A stretch of DNA of 31,751 nt from a virus (IMGVR_UViG_3300017911_000998:1-31751); one strand, 5' to 3'. Numbered from the stretch's first letter, positions 18,875 to 28,539 are shown. Made by a program: numbers and translations. The notes: generated from the letters alone by a model not told the origin.

Positions 18875-20065
18875 TTAAGAGTTGAACGTGATATCCGCAG
18901 TGTTAGGATAGACTGAATTAGTCTGAGGGGATGCATAGAGCCTGTAGGTAACTGGACAAGGTGTAGTAGATGTACTTAACCCTAATCCCCCTTGACCAAT
19001 ATTTATATTGATTGTATTAGCAGTTGCTGTAGGGGTATAAGTCCCGCCTCCAACAGTAATAGAAGTAAACACGGCTCCAATAGGCGTTACTTGACCTCCT
19101 GCAGGAATAAACCAAACTTGTCTATATTCAGTTTCTGGGTAAAAATTAATGGGCACTCCCTGTTCCCCGCCACCAACTTGAAATGTAGTAATAGAGGGAT
19201 CATAGCCCCAAGCAACAGGGTTTCCGTCACTATCTATATCGGAAGATGTGTAGCTTCCACTTTTAGTATGACGTACAATAGGAGCATAAATATCATTAAA
19301 TAACGTAGCTAAATAGCCTTCTAAAATACCAGAAAGACCGTCCCAGCTAGTTTGACCTCCTGCAATTATAGAGCTCATTTGCTCCCAAGAAGTTATTAGG
19401 CCATTTGAATCAACAATGTTCAACATAAATGCAGGCGGCGTCCAAGTAAGACCTGTATTTGATACCGACCCAACTTGATTACCTTCAGCATCTTTCATAG
19501 TAAGAGAAAATGTAGCGTTAAGTTTAGCAAAACTGCCGGCTCCCCCCTGAGCAAATGTGTAAGCAAAGTCAGACGCGTTTCCGCCTGCAGTGTAGTCAGT
19601 AACTACATCTATATTTTGAGTTTCACCTTGAGTGGGAGGCGTTAAATCTTCAGTAGCTTCTGTTCCAGGAGCGTAAACAATAACATCTACTAAGTCTCCA
19701 GGATCATTGAGTAAAATTCTTATACCACCAATTGTATATTCATCACCCGCGATCCTAGCGACGTCCCCTAATAGATTTAAGTTTTCGTCTAACAGCTGGA
19801 AACCTTGTATACCCGCACTTGGAGCTCCTTCAAGAATTGTTCTAATAACATCTTCCAGTGTAGTTCCGGCTTCAAACACATCTCCAATAGCGACGCCACC
19901 TACAGCTTCTCCAGCTACAATATCTTCAGAAAGAACAGAAGAACCGGCTTCCAAAGTAGTTAAGAACTCAGCTAATGCCGGGCTATCAACCACAATGCGA
20001 TTGTGTTTGCCCTTTTTATCTTTTGGAATAAAAGAGCCCCGGGTTTTGAAATTACGTTTAGCCAT
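18875..20065 (-). CDS. putative head/tail fibre or decoration protein
   Basis: 396 aa, G/T/S-rich beta composition; its AGTTLEDVIRTIL motif is shared with the 1381-aa fibre. Confidence 0.6.
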   Translation of the reverse strand: MAKRNFKTRGSFIPKDKKGKHNRIVVDSPALAEFLTTLEAGSSVLSEDIVAGEAVGGVAIGDVFEAGTTLEDVIRTILEGAPSAGIQGFQLLDENLNLLGDVARIAGDEYTIGGIRILLNDPGDLVDVIVYAPGTEATEDLTPPTQGETQNIDVVTDYTAGGNASDFAYTFAQGGAGSFAKLNATFSLTMKDAEGNQVGSVSNTGLTWTPPAFMLNIVDSNGLITSWEQMSSIIAGGQTSWDGLSGILEGYLATLFNDIYAPIVRHTKSGSYTSSDIDSDGNPVAWGYDPSITTFQVGGGEQGVPINFYPETEYRQVWFIPAGGQVTPIGAVFTSITVGGGTYTPTATANTININIGQGGLGLSTSTTPCPVTYRLYASPQTNSVYPNTADITFNS

Positions 20066-20868
20066 CAGTTAAAAGCTTTGAGTTTAGATTTTATATCCTG
20101 AAGCATACCGCTATTCCGCTTCAGTTTCAATGCTCTAACTGCTCCACTAAGTTCTTCTCCAATCTCTTGATCTCCAAATAAATACGTGTTTCCTACTTTA
20201 CGTAAAACACTTTTATCTAAGCAATCTTTAATTAAAGAAATGTATTCTAAATCCTTGTCTTCACAGGTACTAATGAAGTGTTCTGGACTTGCTTCAAGAA
20301 GCTCTTCAAGTTCAAGCTCTTTTTGATCCTTACTTAGATCTTCAGCTTTACGGCCCATAGCCTTTAAAACTTGATCCATTTTGGACTCATCCTCACACAC
20401 TAATATAAGGTGTTTATAAGCAGTTTTCCTAATCCGCCCATCCTGAACTCGTTCTTCTTCTTCTTTCCTAGGATCAAAGAAGTAATACCTCGTTCCTGAA
20501 ATGCGAGTGTCCTGCTCTTCTGCAACATGAGGATGGTTAGCCGCAAATCTAAACTTAACATAGTCCATAGGAGCTACTGGGTTACCGTCTTCATCGAGTG
20601 AGATGTTAAGCTCAACGCCATTCTGCGGAACCTCGATAGTTAACTCAGCGTAAAACCTGCGCACTCTATTGGCCCATCCTATATCTGTGGGACTCATGCC
20701 GATAACAGAGGGTAAGATTCTTTTTTGCTCTTCTAAGCTCAAGCCTTTCAGCAAAGAACCTGTAGAGTCAAATACGCTTCCAATGCGACGCTTAGCGTCA
20801 ACATAAACGTCATCAGGAAGATTTGTAGTGTTCTCCCGTCTAAGGAGATAAACGAGTTTAGTGCTCAT
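20065..20868 (-). CDS. conserved crAss-like protein downstream of the major capsid gene
   Basis: RIGS...G..LKGL..EEQK..LP..IG.SP, P...MDY.K.RFA..HP.VA, YFFDP, LRKVGN.Y..GD..IG; conserved position after the MCP. Confidence 0.7.
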   Translation of the reverse strand: MSTKLVYLLRRENTTNLPDDVYVDAKRRIGSVFDSTGSLLKGLSLEEQKRILPSVIGMSPTDIGWANRVRRFYAELTIEVPQNGVELNISLDEDGNPVAPMDYVKFRFAANHPHVAEEQDTRISGTRYYFFDPRKEEEERVQDGRIRKTAYKHLILVCEDESKMDQVLKAMGRKAEDLSKDQKELELEELLEASPEHFISTCEDKDLEYISLIKDCLDKSVLRKVGNTYLFGDQEIGEELSGAVRALKLKRNSGMLQDIKSKLKAFN

Positions 20869-20869
20869 T

Positions 20870-21031
20870 CTATTTATTTGTTGGGTTATCTATATAATTA
20901 TTAGGTCTAGCAGGTACTTGCGCTTTTTGTCCTTTTATACGCTGACCGCGACCTAAAGCATCGAAGCTCATGCCTAGGCATACTTCGTCCATGTTTCTTT
21001 TCTCGCATCTATGGCCGTTAAACTTGGCCAT
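20870..21031 (-). CDS. small hypothetical protein (53 aa, below track cutoff)
   Basis: Hand-translated MAKFNGHRCEKRNMDEVCLGMSFDALGRGQRIKGQKAQVPARPNNYIDNPTNK; TAATG coupling upstream, and it ends 1 nt before the next ATG. Confidence 0.65.
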   Translation of the reverse strand: MAKFNGHRCEKRNMDEVCLGMSFDALGRGQRIKGQKAQVPARPNNYIDNPTNK

Positions 21032-21210
21032 TATTTTTTCCTGCCTTTAGCTGTCCCGCCATAGCCGTACATTTTTTTACGACCTTTTACTTTTCCCCCC
21101 TTGCCTTTAAAAACGTTATTGGCAACAGTAGCAGGCATTCCTCCTGCAATAGCTTTCTTTTTAGCTTTTTTCTTTTTAGTCTTAGAAGCGGTGGTCTTTT
21201 TTGTTGGCAT
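21031..21210 (-). CDS. small lysine-rich protein (59 aa)
   Basis: MPTKKTTASKTKKKKAKKK...MYGYGGTAKGRKK; 21/59 K+R and no acidic residues. Start moved to the ATG at 21210. Confidence 0.7.
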   Translation of the reverse strand: MPTKKTTASKTKKKKAKKKAIAGGMPATVANNVFKGKGGKVKGRKKMYGYGGTAKGRKK

Positions 21211-21215
21211 GATGA

Positions 21216-21524
21216 TTAGCATTTCCAACGTCTACGTGCCTGACGTATACGTGAGTTAGGGTTATTACGAGTTTTAGCGCTGCTCCGTTTAAGCTGTCCC
21301 AACGAGCGAGCGCAATAGCTTTTGCGACGTTTTGCCGCTTTAGATCCTTTTTTAACCTTTCCGGTTACTGCTGTTTTTAATTTGGATCCAGGGTTTGCTT
21401 TACGATATGCCTTAACGCCTTTAGCTGTCATACCTGCTCCTGATTTAGTAGAGCGGTAATTAGCATTTTTACCCTTCGTTGTTTTACGAATGGCTTTTTC
21501 TTTGCGTTTCTTCTTAGCAGGCAT
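21216..21524 (-). CDS. small basic protein with RRKSYCAR...SR...ARRRWKC motif (widespread phage family)
   Basis: 102 aa, K/R-rich, two Cys; I recognise this motif from small basic proteins of aquatic phages (possibly DUF6321, unverified). Confidence 0.75.
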   Translation of the reverse strand: MPAKKKRKEKAIRKTTKGKNANYRSTKSGAGMTAKGVKAYRKANPGSKLKTAVTGKVKKGSKAAKRRKSYCARSLGQLKRSSAKTRNNPNSRIRQARRRWKC

Positions 21525-21700
21525 TACTTCTTTTTTCTAGTACTTTTTTTCTTTTTCTTCTTTTTAGTCTGTGATCTCTTTAACGCGGCTTCAGTGGGAG
21601 CTCCTTTAGAACCGGGCCTACGCATACGCTCTCCAGAACCAGCTTTGATTCGTTTACGCTTAGCATGAATGTTTGCCCAGAGCCCTCGTTTTTTAGCCAT
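21524..21700 (-). CDS. small basic protein (58 aa, below track cutoff)
   Basis: Hand-translated MAKKRGLWANIHAKRKRIKAGSGERMRRPGSKGAPTEAALKRSQTKKKKKKKSTRKKK; 25/58 K+R; A-rich leader; TAATG coupling. Confidence 0.75.
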   Translation of the reverse strand: MAKKRGLWANIHAKRKRIKAGSGERMRRPGSKGAPTEAALKRSQTKKKKKKKSTRKKK

Positions 21701-21715
21701 GTTTCTTTTTTATAA

Positions 21716-21752
21716 GGATATGGGGGAGAGCTTTGTTGCCCTCCCCCTATCC
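21716..21752 (-). terminator. strong hairpin after the major capsid gene (weak terminator / mRNA stabiliser)
   Basis: Minus strand GGATAGGGGGAGGGC-AACAAA-GCTCTCCCCCATATCC, followed by TTAT rather than a full U-tract. Confidence 0.65.
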
Positions 21753-21761
21753 AAGTACATA

Positions 21762-23195
21762 TTAGCTACGCACGCACTCCAAGTGGAGGCAGTTTGTAGC
21801 ACGACGGATGCTGATGCCGCACTCCTTAAGGAAGTGGACAGAAGCACCGTCAACATCGGTAGCGCGAAGAGCGTTACCACCAAAGCCAGGAGGCACTGTA
21901 GCACCAGCGACAGCCCAGCGAACGAGCTCACGATTCTTACGAGTGATCATGCTGACGTTGTTCTCACCGTCATACACGCTCATGTCAAGGAAGATCATCC
22001 GGTAGCTCTCCAGGGGGAGACCAGTGACCGGGTGACGCTCGCTAGCGAGAGCACGTGCACCGTGATCGAACAGAGGCAAGTGACGCACGGTGATGGTGTG
22101 ACCATCGATGTGCTGGTACTGCGTGAAGAATCCACCAAGAGACAGGTTCCGGCCGCTACCACCAATAAAGGTAGAAGGATCGGTGTTCTTGATGTAAGTC
22201 TGGTTAGACAGCTCTTCTTTCATAGCATTATCAAACTCTTCCATGCCACCGAGACCCGTAAAGAGCACGATGTTCATTTGGGAAGCGTCAGAAGCACCAT
22301 AGAGAGCGTCGCGCACAACAGACTTAAGCTTAGCAGCCGTCAGCGTGGAGTAAGTGTCCACGTTCGGAATCTGCTCGAGCACACCGCTACCGAGCGGAAT
22401 GACCTTACCGTTCTCATCACGCAAGTGAATAAGACCGTCAGCATCCCGGTTGTAACGAGAGTACCACAAAGCAAGCTCAGACTCCTCTTTCCAACGAAGC
22501 ATGTGCTGGTACTCCTCAAAGTCATACCAGAGGTTCGTGGAGCGACCACCAACGTTGAACTCGAAGTTCACCACACGGTCGGGCATGTTACCCTCGTAGC
22601 GGTAAGACTTACGAATCAAGCTAATTTGGTTACGCATTTTAGACGGAGCAACCCAGTTGCTCTCGTTGCCGCGCGATCCGGAGAAAGCGTTAGCAGCGAA
22701 CAGCTGAACAGCTTGCTTAGAAGCCAAGTCATTGGCACCAATAGCAGTAGCTGTTGGGTCAGAAGTTACCATCTGAACATTGTAAGTCCAACCACCGTTA
22801 GACTGAACTGGATCAGCAGTAATTCTCAGCTGAGTGTTAGCAGCATTACCAAACTCAATGATGTAGTTCTTAACGAACCAACGATCGTTAAAAGTAACAG
22901 TACCACCCGTAACTGCGTTAATCTCGGTATTACTGACGCAAAGGACGCTCTTATTTAAGCGACCCATAACAGGGTAATCGTACTCAACATCATTGATGTA
23001 CTTAACGTTACCCATACCTTCGGTAAGGAAGGAAAGAGGAAAACGCTTATCCTCACGACCAGAAAGGTGCGTGATTACAGGGGACAGGACGTCCGGTTGT
23101 GTAAGCAGGGCATTTGCCAACGAGTTTTCGTCGGTCATACCATCTGCGTTAAAGATATCTTCGTATAACCGAAGCTTTTTTAAGTTGTCAGACAT
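21762..23195 (-). CDS. major capsid protein (crAss-like, HK97 fold)
   Basis: 477 aa; FPLSFLTEG, RNQISLIRKSY, W..FEEYQ....WKEE.E..LWYS.YNRD..G...L.DENG..IP.G.G.LEQI, LFTG.GG..EFD.A, Y.HIDGH.ITV..LPLFD; strongly biased codon usage. Confidence 0.93.
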   Translation of the reverse strand: MSDNLKKLRLYEDIFNADGMTDENSLANALLTQPDVLSPVITHLSGREDKRFPLSFLTEGMGNVKYINDVEYDYPVMGRLNKSVLCVSNTEINAVTGGTVTFNDRWFVKNYIIEFGNAANTQLRITADPVQSNGGWTYNVQMVTSDPTATAIGANDLASKQAVQLFAANAFSGSRGNESNWVAPSKMRNQISLIRKSYRYEGNMPDRVVNFEFNVGGRSTNLWYDFEEYQHMLRWKEESELALWYSRYNRDADGLIHLRDENGKVIPLGSGVLEQIPNVDTYSTLTAAKLKSVVRDALYGASDASQMNIVLFTGLGGMEEFDNAMKEELSNQTYIKNTDPSTFIGGSGRNLSLGGFFTQYQHIDGHTITVRHLPLFDHGARALASERHPVTGLPLESYRMIFLDMSVYDGENNVSMITRKNRELVRWAVAGATVPPGFGGNALRATDVDGASVHFLKECGISIRRATNCLHLECVRS

Positions 23196-23215
23196 GATTT
23201 AGTCAATTTTTATTT

Positions 23216-24313
23216 TTAGAGTAAGTCTCGTAAAGATGGAAGTGAGACTGTTTTAGAAACACTCGACTTACTACGAGACTTCATCCTAGTCGAAGCGGAT
23301 GGTTTACTCTGAAGCTTTTCTTTCAAGCTCTGAGCTTTCTTGGTGTTACTCACGTTTTTAGCCAGTTTTGATAAATCAAATCCTTGGTAAATTAAATACT
23401 CTAGGGCTAGTGCTGTTTCCATGTCCATCTTGGACCTATCGTGATCTCTTTGAGTTGCACCGTTTTGATCTACAGGTTGGGTCATCCAATCATAGAACTG
23501 ACGTCTCTGCTTAGTAGGAATTTGCATTCCTCTTAAAGTTCCTTCTTTAATTGTTTCAGAAACGCTGTTCCAATATTGAGCTGCTTCTTCTTGTTGCTTT
23601 TGAGCTTCTAGTTTCTGTCTTTCTAATAATTGCTCTTTATGGGTTTGCTGATGTTTTTGCAACTGAGTTAAATACACTTCAGCATTGTCTTTCAAGATGC
23701 CGGCGTCTTCATACGCTTCTGTCATGCGTGTAATTTCTTCTTCACCGAATCCTTGGGCTCTCATGCCATCTTGAACGACTCTCTTTTGAGTGACAACATT
23801 GTCGTCAATCTCAATAGAATTGTAGTCCATTTCAGCTTGCTGTGCTTTAAAGTATGCTGCGGGATCTCCGTTATTTGCTCTGTACGTAAAGTACTCTCGG
23901 ACATCTGGGTACTGATTAAACAGTTGCGCCATCTGTTCGTTAGCCATTTTCTGTGCTACAGCTGATGTGTATTTGGTTAACCCATCAAAGTCTTCTGAAA
24001 AGTCACCTTCTACCTCATAACCTAATCTGCTAGACAAGGTCTGAATAATCGACTCTTCAGTTTCTGTTTCTGCTTCAACCTGGGGCTCCTCCAACTGTTC
24101 TGGTTTTTCAGTCTCGGGAACACTAGGCTCTTCTGCCTGCTCTAATTGAGGTTCTTCAGCCTCTTGAGTTTCCTCAACAGGTGTTTCAATTGTGGGCTCC
24201 TCTGTAGTTTCTGCAGGTGTGTCTTCTGTAGACGCTGCAGGACTTGGAGCGTTGTCGTTCAGCCAATCGACTTCTTTAAGATTGTCGAGGCCGAGTCCTT
24301 TGTTTTCTGCCAT
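23216..24313 (-). CDS. putative capsid scaffolding protein
   Basis: Very acidic, low-complexity N-terminus, coiled-coil middle and basic C-terminus; lies between portal and MCP. Confidence 0.7.
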   Translation of the reverse strand: MAENKGLGLDNLKEVDWLNDNAPSPAASTEDTPAETTEEPTIETPVEETQEAEEPQLEQAEEPSVPETEKPEQLEEPQVEAETETEESIIQTLSSRLGYEVEGDFSEDFDGLTKYTSAVAQKMANEQMAQLFNQYPDVREYFTYRANNGDPAAYFKAQQAEMDYNSIEIDDNVVTQKRVVQDGMRAQGFGEEEITRMTEAYEDAGILKDNAEVYLTQLQKHQQTHKEQLLERQKLEAQKQQEEAAQYWNSVSETIKEGTLRGMQIPTKQRRQFYDWMTQPVDQNGATQRDHDRSKMDMETALALEYLIYQGFDLSKLAKNVSNTKKAQSLKEKLQSKPSASTRMKSRSKSSVSKTVSLPSLRDLL

Positions 24314-24364
24314 ATGGTTGAATGTAAGTTATATATAGTTTTTTTGGAAGACTTATTTAAACCG

Positions 24365-26512
24365 TTATTTACTATCGGTTTTTCCATCGTTATCGTGGTC
24401 TGTATCCTTAGATTGAGCTTGAATCAAAGCTACTTCTATCTTGTTTTGACGATCTAGCTCTTTTTGCTGAGCTTCCATGTTTTTCTCTAATTGAATCTCT
24501 TGCATCTTTGCTTGGGATTCAGCTTGCACTTTTTGTTGCTCAGCTTGTTTGGCCATTTCAGCAAGTTGTTTTTGCTTGGTTTCAACTTCTTTTGTAAGCT
24601 GTTTAATTCTAGAGAAATTATCAGCATCTAGTATTTCAGCAATAGAAGATGCGCCAACTCCATTTTGAGCCATAGCTTGAAGCATTTGACGCATCTGTTC
24701 CATCTTTCTGTTCTCTTTACTAGAGTTTTTAGCAAAGATTCCAAACTCAGTTTCAGAATAAGAAACGCCGTCTATGTCAAGCCATGCATTACGATAATCG
24801 TCTGTAATGTAGTTAATTTGTTTACCGCGTTTAAATGCGTGTTTGGAAAGATCAAGTAAGCCTTGATTTTCTTTTTGTTCAAACTTTTCAAACTTTCGAT
24901 AAATCTCTTCAGTAATTGCAGTAGACTGGGCAATAGCATCGTTAGTTGTACCAGCTCCATCAGACGCCATAATCTGACCTTTTCTTTGACGGCTAATACC
25001 AATAAGCTCTTCCCACTCCTCTTTAATTGCTTGGAGCAATTGTATTTGCGCAGCTATATACTGGCCAAGAGACATATCTAGAACTTGATATTGATTGAAT
25101 GTAACACGTTCATTGTTCTTGCCTTCTCCTGTAGAATCAATAAAGGCAAAGCCCATAGCATCTGCGTAGTACATGAACTTCTCTTCATCCCAACCATGGC
25201 GCTTAGGAATAGTGTTCATCTCAATCAGTGCAATTTTATCCTTGTTCTTAGCAATTGTAAGTTCAAGGCGATAATGAAAAACGTTATAAAGAATCTGATA
25301 AGGAATACCTAAAGAGCACACACTAATGTTTTCAGTGTGCCTTTCAGAATAGGCTCTACCGTTGTAAGGAAGTTTGCATACAGAAATGTTGCCTAAAGAG
25401 TTCCGCTGACCAACCACAGGTTGAATACCTACGTAGATGTCTCCGTCAATCTCGTAACCTTCCCAAACTTGGTTAATCCAATACCACTCTACAGACTCTC
25501 CCATCTCAGAGTCTGTCTTGTAAGTATCTGTAACGTAAGACATCTGCTCAATGCCAAACTCATCTTCATAAGTTAAGATTCCTACTTTTCTAAAGCTTTT
25601 CCAGCAGACATGCAGCACTTCGACGTATCTATCGTTCTCTCCGAAGTTGTCTGAAACACGCTGCAAAAAGGGAATAGAAAAAGAGCCAGAACGATTCCGA
25701 GTGTGGTCTTCGATTTGGTCAATTTGTTTGTCAGTGAGTAAATCATAAAATTGATCTATTACAGCGTTAACACTCATTAATTGACGGCGAACAACCCAAT
25801 CCCCGTCTTCAATAAATTCTAATTCAGGGCTTTTTGAGTAGTCTATGTCTAAAGGACTAACTATCTCATATTCAAGCTCATCCATGCACACGCCTTTATA
25901 ACTGTACACATAGCCAGTAACAAGCCAGTCTAAAAACCCTTTCTGCATCTTGTCCTCAAGATCCAACTTGTCTTTCAAATAGTTTAATACTTGCTGACCC
26001 ACAACTGCTCTAGAATCCTGATACGAGCTATTGTAGTGATCTTCAATCTCTTGAGGAGTCTTTGGCTTAGCTTCAGGCATACCTAAGTCTACACCTTGTT
26101 TTTGCACCTCTTGAATAAACATTTCTTGCAGGTTGGCAAGAATTTCTTTTTGTTTTTCCTCCTCCATTTTTGACACAGCATCAGAGTTACTAACAGTAAC
26201 CATGTAGTTACTGGGACGCTGAGTCTTCTCCCCAATAAGAAGATCTATTACGGGCTTGATAATGTTGTAGTTACGAAGTTTAGCTGGAAAGTTTCTTTTA
26301 CGCCCGTCATTAGAATTATAAGGATTGACTACATAGTTGTAATCGCTCTCTTTCATCTGACCGTTGTAAGCTTCATAAAACTTTAGCAGCTCGTGTTTAC
26401 CGGTTGCGCTAAATGTAGACTCTTTGATAAAGCCTTTTACGCAGTCGATTCCCCACTGCTTTGTTTTTTTAGCAGTAGAAATTTTTTGTTTTGGTATATG
26501 ATTGTGTGCCAT
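24365..26512 (-). CDS. portal protein
   Basis: 715 aa; IPKQK....KT..W, PAKLRNYNIIKP.ID.L.GE, V.H.CWKS.RKVG, W.WIN.VWEG..I, CKLPY.G, GISRQRKG.I; directly downstream of terL. Confidence 0.92.
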   Translation of the reverse strand: MAHNHIPKQKISTAKKTKQWGIDCVKGFIKESTFSATGKHELLKFYEAYNGQMKESDYNYVVNPYNSNDGRKRNFPAKLRNYNIIKPVIDLLIGEKTQRPSNYMVTVSNSDAVSKMEEEKQKEILANLQEMFIQEVQKQGVDLGMPEAKPKTPQEIEDHYNSSYQDSRAVVGQQVLNYLKDKLDLEDKMQKGFLDWLVTGYVYSYKGVCMDELEYEIVSPLDIDYSKSPELEFIEDGDWVVRRQLMSVNAVIDQFYDLLTDKQIDQIEDHTRNRSGSFSIPFLQRVSDNFGENDRYVEVLHVCWKSFRKVGILTYEDEFGIEQMSYVTDTYKTDSEMGESVEWYWINQVWEGYEIDGDIYVGIQPVVGQRNSLGNISVCKLPYNGRAYSERHTENISVCSLGIPYQILYNVFHYRLELTIAKNKDKIALIEMNTIPKRHGWDEEKFMYYADAMGFAFIDSTGEGKNNERVTFNQYQVLDMSLGQYIAAQIQLLQAIKEEWEELIGISRQRKGQIMASDGAGTTNDAIAQSTAITEEIYRKFEKFEQKENQGLLDLSKHAFKRGKQINYITDDYRNAWLDIDGVSYSETEFGIFAKNSSKENRKMEQMRQMLQAMAQNGVGASSIAEILDADNFSRIKQLTKEVETKQKQLAEMAKQAEQQKVQAESQAKMQEIQLEKNMEAQQKELDRQNKIEVALIQAQSKDTDHDNDGKTDSK

Positions 26513-28539
26513 TAGACAAATAATTCGCGGTCGAAGAACCCATTTGTAGTTTCTCTTTCTTGCTCTACTACCGGTTTATTATACAAATCAACCATAAAAA
26601 ACATTCCTACTAATAGAGCAGATACTCGGTCAAAGTTGCCCTGATCATTCCATTTAATTAACTCATCTATTAAAGCAATGTCATAGATGTTATGCAAGTT
26701 TAACTTCCACTCGTCTTTGTCATTCTTGCTTCTTTTTTCTTTCAACCAGTCTCTTAAATATAAGACAGCCTGAGCTTTACGTTGCTTACTTCCCATAGAA
26801 AGTCCGTAATTACGCCCTAAAGTTTTTGCTTTAAATCCGTTTGACCGATCAAAAATCTCTACCTCTTCCATAAGACGATGTAGATTTTTCGTACGTTTTG
26901 CGTAGGGTATTACTTCTCCTCGGTCATTTTCAAATCCAATTTTAGCATTGTAATATTCTGATAGATTAAATAGGATTTCATTGTAGTCGTCTTGAGTTTC
27001 TGGACGTCCTACATAGGATGCTACAATTAGATCATCAGGTTTACTAAAAGGATTAGGACGCTTAAGAACATAAGCTGATCCAAGAGAATTACCAGTAGAA
27101 CTGTCATGAGCATAAGGGTCGTGCGCAATAAAGTACATATTGCTTGGTACAGCCTGGTTATCATCTTTATACGGAGCTTGATACACAACAACGCATCCAG
27201 TAATATCATCTCCGCGTTGGTGTGGAAACTTTGTTACAGGACGTGCTTTCTGTGAAGGCCGAAATTTTAAACCCTCACTCGTATGAACTAAGAAACCTGT
27301 TGTTCCCACGTTTTGCAATTCTCTTGAACGCATGATGCTACCCCGATGTTCCACAAGGGAGGCAGTAGGGAAAACATTATTACTAGTTTGAAGAAACGCT
27401 TCGCGCGGCTTCCACGGATATTCTGTAATGTGTTTGTCATAAACAGAAACGTCTTTTGTTTCTGTTTTAATTCGATCTCTTTCATTTTCTTCTTGGAATT
27501 TAGCTTTTTCTACAAGGCTGTTTCCATCCTTATCGATGAATCCAATCTTGTTGCGAAATGATGGAAAGAACCAGCCGCAATGCGTGCCGTCACCTCCGTC
27601 ATCCCAAATGTTTTCTACAGGTAGCAAATTGTAGGGAGTAGGATTGTAAAACATGGACTCAAAGTCAATCGTTCCTCCTTCCATATCACCACCCGTACCA
27701 AAAATAATCATCTGCCCTGTTGTGATACCGCCGTCTTCCACAGTGGGTCGCGTCGCCATGAACGTATTCTTAAGGTTCGAAAACGCTCCAGCCTCCTCAA
27801 ATATGACGAGTGTCGCATCTTTACCACGCGCCGCGTCTGGGTTGTCCTTGAACGTAATGGCTTCAACCTCCGATTTATATCCTTTTTCAACGCCTTGATT
27901 ATTGATGTACTCTAAGTAACTAGCCTTCTTATGGTTTTGCTTATCGATTACAGAACGGCGTTTAGACCATCCAGTATGCTCATTTAAGAAGTCCATGTTA
28001 GCCGCAGCCATAGTCATAATACCCTTAGGGTACAGGTACTTCTTGTCGAAAGCACATAGAAGCGTATAACTATTCCGTATGGTATTGTAGGTATTGGTTG
28101 TGATCGCAGCGTTTTTGTATGAAAAACCCTTACGTCTAGCTTTAGAAACAATTAGATGATGCCCCCCACCTAACCAAGCGTCTTCTACCGTAGTAGACAA
28201 TCCAAGCTTATCAAACTTCTTTCGATCCATTCCATTACGGGCTACTTCCATTAACCAGAAGTACTCATAGTCTCCGTCCCAGAAATGCGGAAAGGCAATG
28301 CTTTTAGTAGCAGCTTTACCCTGGACTTCCTCAGTAAGCTTAATTTGGCAGTAGTTAAGATAGAAATAGTGGTGCCCTGTAATAGAAGTATCACCTACCG
28401 TAAGCCCATTTTGACATCGATCTAACTCTTGAGTCCAGTAATTAAAAAACTCTTGGCTACCCTGAGGTGCATCTGTGTAATAACCCTTTTCTAAAAAGCG
28501 TTTAGCCGGTTTTCTAAAGTATTCGGTGTTTGTTAGCAT
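26512..28539 (-). CDS. terL: terminase large subunit
   Basis: ITG.HYFYLNY, Walker A-like KARRKGFSY, Walker B VIFEEAG, FGTGG, nuclease HDPY / ENDRG / GNFDRVSA; no intein or intron apparent. Confidence 0.95.
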   Translation of the reverse strand: MLTNTEYFRKPAKRFLEKGYYTDAPQGSQEFFNYWTQELDRCQNGLTVGDTSITGHHYFYLNYCQIKLTEEVQGKAATKSIAFPHFWDGDYEYFWLMEVARNGMDRKKFDKLGLSTTVEDAWLGGGHHLIVSKARRKGFSYKNAAITTNTYNTIRNSYTLLCAFDKKYLYPKGIMTMAAANMDFLNEHTGWSKRRSVIDKQNHKKASYLEYINNQGVEKGYKSEVEAITFKDNPDAARGKDATLVIFEEAGAFSNLKNTFMATRPTVEDGGITTGQMIIFGTGGDMEGGTIDFESMFYNPTPYNLLPVENIWDDGGDGTHCGWFFPSFRNKIGFIDKDGNSLVEKAKFQEENERDRIKTETKDVSVYDKHITEYPWKPREAFLQTSNNVFPTASLVEHRGSIMRSRELQNVGTTGFLVHTSEGLKFRPSQKARPVTKFPHQRGDDITGCVVVYQAPYKDDNQAVPSNMYFIAHDPYAHDSSTGNSLGSAYVLKRPNPFSKPDDLIVASYVGRPETQDDYNEILFNLSEYYNAKIGFENDRGEVIPYAKRTKNLHRLMEEVEIFDRSNGFKAKTLGRNYGLSMGSKQRKAQAVLYLRDWLKEKRSKNDKDEWKLNLHNIYDIALIDELIKWNDQGNFDRVSALLVGMFFMVDLYNKPVVEQERETTNGFFDRELFV

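Noticed and set aside
21669-22958. 429-aa antisense ORF over the major capsid gene
   Set aside because: It lies entirely opposite a well-supported, strongly codon-biased gene that would naturally deplete antisense stops; it has no recognisable motifs.
21762-28539. Introns/inteins in terminase, portal or capsid genes
   Set aside because: All are continuous, of ordinary length, with no intein or homing-endonuclease motifs seen.
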